A stretch of DNA of 64,000 nucleotides from Carcharhinus amblyrhynchos (Eukaryota), in NCBI GenBank assembly GCA_965287045.1, contig OZ336879.1, positions 56,048,001 through 56,112,000 of the forward strand. The letters run 5' to 3'. The position numbers were made by a program, and so were the translations under genes. Each line of letters starts with the position of its first letter. Within the stretch, counting starts at the first letter, position 1. A model generated the notes under the pieces. It was not told the origin of the DNA. It saw only the letters and a list, made by a program, of their open reading frames with translations, and did not search any database. Shown one piece after another: positions 1-10,389 of this stretch.

Positions 1-902
1 CTAGAAACGCTTAAGCTTTTACCCTCTGGGCAAAAGAGGTTGACTCACCGCTAGAAAGGCTATTATCTAAGGGCCATGTTGAGTTGTGTAGGTGAGCATG
101 ATCTTCCAAGCTTTCAAAAAGAAACTTTGAAACTTTCAAATATAGTGAATGACCTCTTTTGGAGTTCTGGTTAAACCAGTCTTTAATGTTGTGCAGGCCT
201 ACTTGCAGTTCATGGATATCCATGGTGAATAAGGTGTTGACACGAATGGTGCCAACCCCATTCACACTGCTGTTCTGATAATTATTTTCACTGACTATGT
301 TTGACCAGGGAAAAGGGAAGCATGAGGTGGTTTCCCACTGCCTTCCTCATGTGGGAAAGCAAACTCATTTCACAAATGATTCTCCTCTTGACATTGAACA
401 GCCATTGTTGTCGGAAGTTGGAACTCCTTCATCTTCACCACTATGGAATTCATTGGATTCACCTTTGGCCACTACTTGTAATCTGAACATGGGATCCTTC
501 CAGATATCACCAGTTGGGCCAGCTGAACTTGGGGCTTGCAAAGGTGTTCGAAATTAATTTTCCATAGCTGTTTAACGGGTAAATCATCAGCAAATGGTAA
601 ATGGTTGTTTTTCAGACTGGAGGATGGTAAATAATGGTCAAGGGTCAGCAGTAGGATCACTCTTTATATGGATATAAATTACTTGGCTACTAGAACACAA
701 TAAAACTTCAAATTTTGCCAGTGATGCCAAAGTTAAAAATATGTGAAACAATGAGGTTGATACCAAAAAACTGCCACAAGCGCATAAATATGGCAGAATG
801 GATAAACATGTAGAAGATGGAATTTAAACCAGAGAAAGATGAAGTAATACATTTTGGCAGAAGGACAAATGACGACAATTTAAGACTTAATTTTAGTTAT
901 TA

Positions 903-1197
903 ATTCTTTCACGGGTGTCATTTGTTGCCAGCCCCTAATTGAACTGAATGACTTGCTAGACAATTTCAGTAGGCCTGGGGTCATATGTAGGCAAAAAGAG
1001 GTAAGTGGTTGGAAGAGTTCAAGAACATTAGTGAATCAGATTTGTTTTCTTATGACAATCAATTATAGTTTCATAGTCACCAAGACTAACTTTCAATTCC
1101 AAATATTATCAATAGAATGTAAATTACACCAACTACCATGGTGGGATTTGAACCCCTACATCCAGGTCTCTGAATCATGAATCTAGTGACATTACCC
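903..1197 (-). mobile_element. Old tRNA-headed SINE, same family as 26566-26920 and 55357-55690
   Basis: Reverse complement shows a ggttcaaatcccaccatgg B-box-like head and the ctgattcactaatgttc body, matching the other copies. Confidence 0.55.
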
Positions 1198-1373
1198 TCT
1201 TTGCAGGAACAGAGATACATGGAGATTATGTGCCTAGGTCTTTGAAAGTGGCAGATTATAATGAGGGAGTGGTTCGCAAAACATATGGGATCTTGGGCTT
1301 TATAAATAGTTGTACTGAGTATAAAAACAGCAACGTTATGCTGTACCTCTGGTTAGACCACAATTAGAATATT

Positions 1374-1819
1374 GAGGGTGATTCTCCCAAAAAATTCATG
1401 TGAAAACTGGAATAAATCATACTAGTTTTTTCACCACTGCCTGACCTTCCGGTGGGGCCCAATTCCCATCCCTTCACTCCAGTGGAGTCAGACCGTTGGC
1501 TCCCTGCACGTGGGGAGCTATAGTAATCCCCGTTAGAGTGAAATATTCCCAGCTGGGGGGGGCGGGTAGAGGCTAGCAGGCCCAGAAATTTCAGTCCCAG
1601 GCCTGCTAATGCCATTTAAAACAGATGCAGATGAAGGGTTATATGTATAATACAGCTCCACATCTATTTCTGGTGTGGAGCTGACATGCCAGAAATCCGG
1701 TGCTGGGAGCCACACTCCAGGCCAGACATCCAGCACGGATCGTGCTAATCCAGTGCCACTAAACCTGCTGGCCTGCTGTACTGATTTTTTTAGCGCAGCA
1801 GAAAGGGAGAGTTGCCCCC
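1374..1819. mobile_element. Non-autonomous DNA transposon (MITE), PIF/Harbinger-like
   Basis: Imperfect 15-bp TIRs gagggtgattctccc / gggagagttgccccc; 3-bp TSD att (1371-1373, 1820-1822); removal restores the CR1 sequence. Confidence 0.65.
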
Positions 1820-2254
1820 ATTATGTCCAGTTCTTTAATATGGGTTTGAAGGTCCTCGACGGTTCCAGGCTTGATGGATTTTAGACACAAGGCTAGATTG
1901 GAGAATATGGGGTTGTTCTTCTTGAAAAATGGATGTTGTTTGGTGACCTGATTGAGGTGCACAAGATTATGGCAGCTTTAGATATTTTAAGAAAATAAAA
2001 GCTATTCTGACTAGTTGATGATACAAGGACTAGGACGTATAGATCTGAGGTTTCATTGAAGAGATGTAAGGGGGAATGTGAGAAAGAACTTCATTATGCA
2101 AAATAAGTGAATATACCTAAAAGTCATTGTCTATGAGGGTGGTGGAAGCTGAGACAATCAATGATTTTTGAAAAGAAATTATGTGGACACTTGAAGGATG
2201 TAAAATTGCAGGACTATGGGGATAAAGTGGGGAAATTGGAATGACAGAATTACA

Positions 2255-2566
2255 GGGTAGTGCGGTGGCACAGAGGTTAGCACTGCTGCCTCACAGCGCC
2301 AAGGATCCGGGTTCGATTCCCGGCTTGGGTCACTGTCTGTGTGGAGTCTGCACATTCTTCCCATGTCTGCGTAGGTTTCCTCCAGGTGCTCCAGTTTCCC
2401 ACACTCCAAAGATGTGCGGGTTAGGTGCATTAACCGTGCTAAATCCTTAGTATCAGGAGGACTAACGAGGGTAAATGCATGGGGTTATGCAGATAGGACC
2501 TGGATAGGATTATGGTCAGTGCAGACTCGACAGGCTGTATGGCCTCCTTCTGCACTGTTGGATTAT
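2255..2566 (+). mobile_element. HE1/V-SINE-type tRNA-derived SINE with CR1-type tail
   Basis: A/B boxes (tggcacagaggttag, gggttcgattccc), V-domain-like core gtgtggagtctgcacattcttcccatgtctgcgtaggtttcctcc, tail ggcctccttctgcactg. Confidence 0.9.
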
Positions 2567-2685
2567 AATAAAACCAGGATATGTCAATGGTCTCTTTCTG
2601 TGCAGTAATGGTTCAATGGACACAAGTTTTGTTTCAAGCTCAGAACGCCGATGTGAATTTTTGTTTCTAACCCCATAGGATGCCT

Positions 2686-2770
2686 GGGTGGCCCAGTGGT
2701 TTGCACTGCTGCCTCACCATGCCAGGGACCTGGGCTGCTGATGCATGTGAGAGAGAGAGAGAGAGAGAGA
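2686..2770 (+). repeat. SINE head fragment followed by (GA)n microsatellite
   Basis: gggtggcccagtggtttgcactgctgcctcac...gggacctggg; (GA)n at 2749-2770. Confidence 0.7.
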
Positions 2771-3776
2771 CCGATAGAGTGGATCTTTAATGATGGAGTC
2801 ACCTTCCAAAGAGACGATAGAAATGATTCAATTTAAAAAGGCCAAAGCTGGTAGGCCATCATCTGGATGGTCACTGGCTGCAGATCCTTCTCCCATAAAC
2901 AAAATAGCTCAGGGGTGGTTGCGTGCTGACAACCTGGCTGCTTTTTCCATATCAACTCACAGTCATCTCCACCATGGGTCCTGCCTTCATTGGGATCAAA
3001 ATTCTGCTCTACAACTATGTGTCCATTATCTTCTGAAACAATTCCAGCCCAATGTTTCATTGGTGTAATGAGGCAAATTTTTGAGGCTGGGAGTAAGGCT
3101 GTTATTGGAAAAAGACTGGGGGAAGTCTAGCATTACATTTGCTGTTTTCCTTGCTACATCTGACATAGTTCTTGCTGTCTCTGACAAATGCAGAATAAAT
3201 AGTCCTCTTCCTTTCACTGTTTTTATCTGAAGTGTACAAAAAGACAAAGAAGAAAGCAAAATAAAACAGAAAGGAAAAAGTCTATAATGCACATTCCATT
3301 ACTTTTATAATCCAAGGGTGATGACTTTAATAGCTCTGCCATGGAATTTTATTTAGTTTTACCTTTTGACTTCTTGTTGCATCAGTTAGTTATTCATTGA
3401 AACATAAAAGCATTTAAAATAACATGTTTACCCCGGTTCAGCGTTGGATGCTATAAAGTCACATTTAAACGTACAAGCACAATTGTATCGTTTGTATTAG
3501 TGAGATTACTCATTGTGCTTAGAATTAATAAGTTGCCACTAAAGAGTTCAAGGTTGTCACAAATCACAATTCAACCTGAAGTTGTTTTTATCCCTCTTTC
3601 CTTTAAGTTAGAGTCAAACCTTATGGGGGCAATTATCCCATCCCATTGTGCTAATTTTCTAGCGCAACAGGGTGGGAGAATCTTGAGGCTGGGCATGTGT
3701 GGGATCCGTGCATGGGTTCCTGCCGCATCCACGTTTTCCAGCGCCAGATTTCCAGTGTCGTCAGATCTGCACTGGA

Positions 3777-4081
3777 TTTTCTTTTTATTCCAATTCAATC
3801 CAATCAAATCCAATTTAGAGTCTCAACAAGTTGAGACATTCCCGATCCAAGCTGACAAGACAGGGCTCTCACCTCCTGTCTTGGGCTTGATCTACATGAT
3901 CCAAGCTGATTGGAGTAAGCATAGCTCCTCCTCCAAGGCTTGATCTCATTTGCATCTTTGCCAAAAGTCCGTGATGCCGCTTTAAAAAATTACTTCAAAT
4001 GAAGCTGAAATGTCACTTAATGACTTCAATCAAGCACAGCATGTTGATACTACACTTGATCTTAGCCAAAAGGCCGAGAAG
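3777..4081 (-). mobile_element. U2 snRNA-headed retroposon (SINEU-like) with poly(A) tail and TSD
   Basis: U2 nt 5-40 at the 5' end; AATAAA plus A-rich tail at the 3' end; flanking direct repeat agatctgcactgga (3763-3776) / agatctgtgctgga (4080-4093). Confidence 0.8.
4046..4081 (-). pseudogene. RNU2: U2 snRNA 5' fragment (nt 5-40, includes branch-point recognition GUAGUA)
   Basis: Minus strand reads CTTCTCGGCCTTTTGGCTAAGATCAAGTGTAGTATC, identical to the conserved vertebrate U2 5' sequence as recalled; the rest of U2 is absent. Confidence 0.92.
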
Positions 4082-4506
4082 ATCTGTGCTGGAAACCATC
4101 AGGAAGACAGGTAAGTCATTTGAATCTTTATTTAAATGTACTTTCAATGTAATTAGCGGGTCTGGGACTGAATTTCCTGGACCCATTAGCATCTCCCACC
4201 CTGCCAAAGTGTTTCACTCCAGCAGGGTTTACAGTAGCTCCCCACTTTTGGGGAACTAGCAGCCTGTCCCTGCTGAAGTGAAGGTAGAGGATTGAGCGCT
4301 GGTGGGAGGGAGAAGGGGGGGGTGCGGTGGTATCTCTTGAGCGTGAGCAGCCTGGCAGTGCCAGCCTGTGCCTGTTGGCAGTGCCCATGGGGTTAAGTGT
4401 CCACACCCAGGGGCCCTCTTGGCTCTGGGGTCCAGCGGTTGGGGCCTGATGGGGCAGGGCCTAGAGGCAATCGATGGGTGGCCTGGCTGCCACTCTGCTT
4501 TGGGAT

Positions 4507-4645
4507 CAACGTGTAAGTTAGGGAGATTAGCAGGGTGAATATGTGAGGTTGCAGAGGTGGGTTGGAATAAGATGTTCAATTTGAGTGTTGGTGGAGCCTT
4601 GATGAGCTGTAAAGGCCTCCTCCTACGCTATAGGCATTCTATGAT
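4507..4645 (+). mobile_element. 3' half of an HE1-type SINE
   Basis: gggagattagcagggtgaatatgtgagg...ggcctcctcctacgctataggcattctatgatt matches the tails of 22078-22400 and 32107-32409. Confidence 0.6.
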
Positions 4646-4943
4646 TATAAATTATAGTAACACTGCTTTAAGTTATGCATTATTTTACAGTTTGTATTAA
4701 TTGTATGCAAAAGATTCTGTAAAATACTACATTTATTTTTTAAATCTTGCTCAGTCAGTTAAACTGGCTTGGACAATACTCAATTTGAGTTTTGTTATAT
4801 CGGAACTTAGTACTGTGTTGAAACACACTACTGCTATTAATCCATGATTAAGAAGTTAAGGGTTCTTAAAAACAATAATGTGATAAGGCAGCATCAACAT
4901 GTTTTTTGAAAATGAACTCATGTTTATTAGTTTATGAATTTAT

Positions 4944-5257
4944 TACTAGGGGGCACAGCCTCAAGATAAAGGGGGGGCGGTTTAGAACAGAGTTGAGGAG
5001 GAACTTCTTCACTCAAAGGGTGGTGAATCTCTGGAATTCTCTGCCCGTTGAAGTGGTGGAGGCTGCCTCGCTAAATGTTTTTAAGACGCGGGTTGATGGG
5101 TTTTTGATAAGCGAGGGGATTAAGTGTTATGGGGAGAGGGCAGGAATGTGGAACTGAGACATGACAGATCAGCCATGATCTTAATGAATGGCGGGGCAGG
5201 ATCGAAGAGCTAGATGGCCTACTCCTGCTCCTATTTCTTATGTTCTTATGTTCTTAT
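4944..5257 (+). mobile_element. CR1/HER1-type LINE 3' end
   Basis: Encodes TRGHSLKIKGGRFRTELRRNFFTQRVVNLWNSLP (CR1 ORF2 C-terminus); ends in (ttcttatg)n. Confidence 0.9.
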
Positions 5258-6010
5258 ATTTCGAGAAGGAACAGGCAAGGTGGATAAAGGGGAAACTGTA
5301 GAGCTGGTGGACTTGGATTTCAAAAGGCATGTGACAAGTTGACGCAAGATACTTCACAAGAAATGAGCATCTGATGTAGGAGGGAACTTATGATCATGGA
5401 TAACTGGTTACCTAACAGAAAGGAGACAGTAAAAATAGGTAGGATTCTTTCGGAGCAGCAAGCTCTAAGTTGTGGAATATCACAGAGATCAGTGTTAGGT
5501 CCTCAACCATTTACAATCAATATCAATGACTAGAATGAAGGGGCTGAGCATATGGTAGTTAAATTTGTTAATAACACCAAGATAGGTAGGAAAGTAACAA
5601 AGCAGAAAATGCTGGAGAAGCTCAGCTGGTCTGACAGCTTCTGTGGAGAGCCAATGTTTCGAGTCAGGATGATCCTTTTTGTTTTGTTATAGATTGCAGC
5701 ATCTGCAGTATTTTGCTTCTAATTTAGGTGGGAAAGTAAGTGGTCAATTAGAGGTAGAGAGTCTGCAAATGGAAGTAGACAGGTTAGGTGAATGGGCAAA
5801 AAAAAATAAGATGGAGTATGAAGTGGAAAAATGTGAACTTTCTCACTTTGCTAGGAAGAGTAGAAAAACAGTGTATTATTTAAATGGAGAAAAATTTGCA
5901 GAACTTCTTAGTAGAGAGGGATCTGATTGTCCTAGTACATGACTCTCAAAGAATTAGTATGCATGTACGGTAGTTAATTAGGAAGGCAAATGGAATGTTG
6001 CTATTTATTG
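5258..6010 (+). mobile_element. Degenerate CR1 RT fragment
   Basis: VDKGE..V.LDF.K..DK-like segment; ORF remnant SLQMEVDRLGEWAK...VEKCELSHF. Confidence 0.75.
5598..5724. mobile_element. Penelope-type terminal repeat insertion (family B), inverted two-piece structure
   Basis: Minus piece (cagaaaatgctggag...ctgtggagag...tttcgagtc) joined to plus terminal piece (cagcatctgcagtattttgcttc); TSD taggt(a/g)ggaaagtaa at 5583-5597 and 5725-5739. Confidence 0.7.
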
Positions 6011-9000
6011 AATGTATATGGGGACAGCAAAAGATGGGAATGAGGCTGGCAGCATTGTTAGGTATGTGAGGATAAGGTAGAGTCTCTGGATGTTAGTCAT
6101 GAGTTCTGAATGCTGAAGAGTGCTGCTGGATGAGTAATGGTGGTGTGGTGTATTGAACAGTGTGTGTGTTCTTGATGGTGCAGTGGGTTAAATATGTCAG
6201 TCACAGGCCAACTGTGTGAGGTTAATTGTATATTTTGTAGGACTGCTATCAGGTCCTTGTGTCCAGACACTGGGAATTGTTCTCCTTACTCACCTGCTCC
6301 CAATCCCTTCTGAGCGTGAGCCTCCAAGCTGCCTGGAAACCTGGTGTCTCTCTTGCTATTCACTTTCAGTTGAAGGTCTCCAGAGCTATATCTTTGACTC
6401 CAAATCTCCCTCTCTATCCTGTTCTATTTTCCATCCCTACAATTGAATAAATAACAGTCAGCATCACCATTGTGTGATTCAGTGTAGTCTCCCTTTTGGA
6501 GGAATAAACTTCTCTGAAGAACAGAAGATTGGTTTTACCACATTTTAACAGTAGAATATGAGCTTTGCTGGCTCGGCCAACATTTATTACTCAACCCTAA
6601 TTGCACTTGTTCAGTCCCCTGCCGAACATATAGACAGACAGCAGCAGAGAAACTGCTCAACCCGAGGCTACAACCATGGAAATGAGGTGCCACCCACTTC
6701 CACTGGAATCAGTGTGGGCAGGTCATAAATCAAAACCTCACACCTGATTATCAGTGCCATCCAACTTTTGGTCCTTGTTCTCCATATCAATTCACTGACT
6801 GATCTGGACATATTTGGGGAGGTAATTAATTGATCTAGGTTCGAGAGTGTGATAACTGAAATCTATTCAAAGTAAATTCCTCTCTGGTCCCCTCACCATA
6901 TCATCATGCATTTGCAGGAAGACATTCAAAACTTCGAAACTGTAAAGTATTGATCACATAGGAATGATTTTAAATTGACTAGACCCATTTCTATCTGATG
7001 TTCTGTACTGCCACTTGTAAATCTCTTCAACTCCAGACTCACCCAATTCAGACAACAGGAGCTTTGGTCCCCTGAGCTTTGGAAATGTGCTGCTACAACT
7101 TGAACTGCTGTGGTTTTGCCTCTCAAGTCATTTGCTGTCCTGTTTGACTGCTACATTGATGTTGACCTATTAGACCTTTTCTCTAATATTTCAACATCTG
7201 TTGTATACTATAAAAGCTATCAGCTTCCGTGAGATTTTTTGGAATTTGTTTTGTTTATAACCATTAAATCTTCTTGACTAAAGACATTTCTGGTTGTCCT
7301 GCAATGGATTTTTATCTGAAAAAATTGTATCTGCTGCATAAAATATGTGCTGCTAAAGCCTGAACCATGTGCTCCCACAGAATGTGAACAAAACCTTGAT
7401 TAAAAAGTGGATACCTATAAACACAATGCATGCAGAAACATGTCAAAAATGGATTTTAATTGTGTATTATCAAGTATTATAATTATTTAGGCTATATTAA
7501 TAAGCCATAATAATAAAATATCATGAAGCCAAAATACATTGGATAGAATATTACACCTAAAGATTGGGTGCATGCTATCCTGGAGGCTCATGTCATCGCA
7601 CAAGAAGGCATTGGGCGTGCATCCCCACGCTATCGCCCACTTAGTAGCATTTTGGTCAGTGGGCATACACGAGAGTTGGAAACATGACAACCAATAATGA
7701 AGAAGCCAATTTAAATGATTTAAACACCAATTGACTAATACTTCATGTTGCCCTTCTGCCATTAGGGTTGGCAGCAGGTGGGCTGAATGGCAGAGCGGCC
7801 TTTACATTTAGGCTGCAACCTCGATCGAGGGCAGGATGAAAGGTCGGGGTTCAAATAAAATTGACAGATATGTTTGGGGATTGTAGTTTGTGTATGATTG
7901 TGCTGCCTAGATACTGGTGGCATGTTTTTTCCGTTGATATTAATTTTAAACAGGTCAGCAGCTCTCTGAGACAGCTCCACAGTGACCCTCCCTCTGAGGG
8001 AGCACATTGGGAGTACCAACCCACACCGCCCTTTTTCTCTGCACATGCTCTCTTCCTACTCTCCCTGACAGCACACTGCCTTTCACAGCATGTGTTTCAT
8101 GATGGCTGCTCAGCCAGTTTGAAATCACGCTCCTGGGTTAATTGCGCTGCTTTGGGGCCTATTTAATGTGTGCGTGCTCAATGGGTGAAATGATATTCAG
8201 GCCATAAGGGCATCCATACATTGACAATTACATTTTGAATGTCCCCACTACTAACCCACCAGGATCAGCACAAAAATATCCTGCAACAGCCTTTGGCAAT
8301 GTGATGACGTAACTGAGACCTATTCTTCCTAACCCATATCACAGGCCGATGCGAGTTGTTCCAGTTCTGACCTTTCCCATGTGTTTGCTAACTGGTTTGA
8401 AAATGATTCCTTATGCCATCATTTCAGTTGTGAATAAGTACATTTACATTTAAGGTCAAACATGGATCATTGAGCAATGCCGCTCATCACATTGTGCCAA
8501 ATAGGTACTGTTCCTCTCTGCCTCTTGTCACTCAGCCAATATTCGAAACAGACCCATAATTTTCCTTCAAATTCATGAACTAATCTTTCACTGAGAATTC
8601 CTCGAGGGACTTTATGGAATCCCTCAATAAACTCTATGCGAATAACATTTATAGAAATTTCCTCTGTCCATTGCTTTTGTCACTACTCTGCCACTACTTT
8701 GTCACTAAAATTGATCAGTTTTGCTGGGTGTCACCTGTTCTTTCCAAATCCACACTAAATCTCATCAGCTGAAATTTTCAATAAGTCCATTCTTGGCTGT
8801 AGATTCCAGTGTCACAGACAGTATTTATTTGTTCTGCTGCCTGTGATCAATATGTTTTGTTCAGAAAGAGGTGTATATTTTCTTACCCTTGGAGTGGATA
8901 TCCAATTAAATTATTCAGTAGCAAACTTTGATGAGTTTAAAAGAAAGAACATGATATAGTTTCGCCTTGAAGGCCACAGAAGATGTGTTTATAACATAGA

Positions 9001-9662
9001 CAAACAGATTGATTATCAAATGTAAATCATTCTAATACATCTCTGGCAAGCAGCAAGAGTGGGAAAGTTGCCCTGTCAGACATCTGCAGAGGTAATGGAA
9101 AACCACTGCAGCGCCTTGCCAAGCATTACCATGGATCAATGTCCTGTCGGGGCATAGTATCTGAAGAAAAAGAGAGACAGAGAGAGAGAGAAATTTATTC
9201 TCATACATTTACCCCAAATTAAACTCAACGTCACACACACTCAGTCTCACTCCTGCACTCAGACACACCAAGACTGGATAAAAATAAAGGTCATGCACTT
9301 CTATAGGTTCCAATTGTCTCAGTCTCTGATGATCTTTGGAGTCCCATGTGGCAGGCCTGTGGTCTTTTAAATGGATTTGATGATTTGAAATTTGAGTCAC
9401 AGTCTTGTAAGGTGAAAGTTTCACAGCAGATTGCGAGATTTCTTTCAGCGGCACTTCCACATGGTTGGTTTATAGGTGAACATTAAATTGGAACAGATAC
9501 ATACTCCAGCTGTCTGATGCTCTGCAGCTTGTGTCTGAGTCTGGTTCACAGAATGGCTGAATTGATGCTTCTAATGACTTTGGTAGAACAGCCTATGCAC
9601 AGCTCCAAACTGATCTTTTAAACAAACCATGAAAACCTATCTGTCTCCATGTAGTTTTTCAT

Positions 9663-9968
9663 AAAGTTTAAATTATTAGTCACAAGTAGGCTTACATTAA
9701 CACTGTAATGAAGTTACTGTGAAAATCCCCTCATCACCACACTCCAGCACCTGTTCGGGTACACTGAGGGAGAATTTAGCATGGCCAATGCACCTAATCA
9801 GCACATCTTTTGGACTGTGGGAGGAAACCAGAGCACTCGGAGGAAACCCACGCAGACACAGGGTGTACGTGCAAACTCCACACAGACAGTGACCCAAGCC
9901 GGGAATCAAATCCAGATCCCTGGTGCTGTGAGGCAGCAGTGCTAACCACTCATGCTTCTGTGCCACCC
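9663..9968 (-). mobile_element. V-SINE with alternative (tail-B) 3' end
   Basis: HE1-like head and core; 3' end ggggattttcacagtaacttcatt...aagcctacttgtgactaataa. Confidence 0.9.
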
Positions 9969-10389
9969 ATTAAGTTTAAAGCATTTCTAAATAATGTGTG
10001 GTGTTCGTGTTGATTCCGCAACCTGTGCTGTTAGTTAACATCTCTGAGGATTTGTAACAATCAGCTTCTTTATTTTAGACTAACCAATTCAAATTAGATA
10101 CTTCTTCGACTGCTTTGGGGGACGGCATTGTGTCACATCAGCTGGAATGTTCTCTGGCTCCCTCTTAAAATGCAGGATGGCTCTAAACCGCAAAAGAGTT
10201 CAGGTGACCTTTGGGTGCCCACACTTTCATGTCCATTTTACCAAATGTGAAGTTAGTTTGAAATTCAGAATATGGTAGTAGGTAGTGGGCATGGTGCCAG
10301 TAATGTTCCAACAACAGATTTGGGGTAACTAGCTTAGAATTTCCTGGTTTCCTCTGGCACCATTTTTTTAAAAAGCAGTGTGATATGCA

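Larger units (their letters stand above)
570..2620 (+). mobile_element. Degenerate CR1-clade LINE (RT to 3' end), split by nested insertions
   Basis: CR1-like RT segments (ttcagactggagg..., tttgccagtgatgccaaag, ggttagaccacaattagaatatt|atgtccagttct, ggtgacctgattgaggtg) resume collinearly after insertions at ~903-1197, 1374-1819 and 2255-2566. Confidence 0.75.
3625..4500. mobile_element. Harbinger-like non-autonomous element related to 1374-1819; hosts the U2-headed insertion
   Basis: Starts gggggcaattatccc, the same terminus as the reverse complement of the 1819 end; internal ctgggactgaatttcctgg...gtttcactccagcaggg...tagctccccac matches the reverse complement of ~1510-1600; right end unclear. 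Confidence 0.6.

Noticed and set aside
11-557. ORFs at the window start (84 and 86 aa)
   Set aside because: No recognisable domain or convincing splice signals; the LFTMDI resemblance to PLE RT is too short to call
2255-2330. tRNA genes at SINE heads
   Set aside because: The A/B boxes run directly into V-SINE cores in all copies; no complete cloverleaf
4046-4081. Functional U2 snRNA gene
   Set aside because: Only nt 5-40 are present; no Sm site or 3' stem-loops; it sits inside a TSD-flanked insertion
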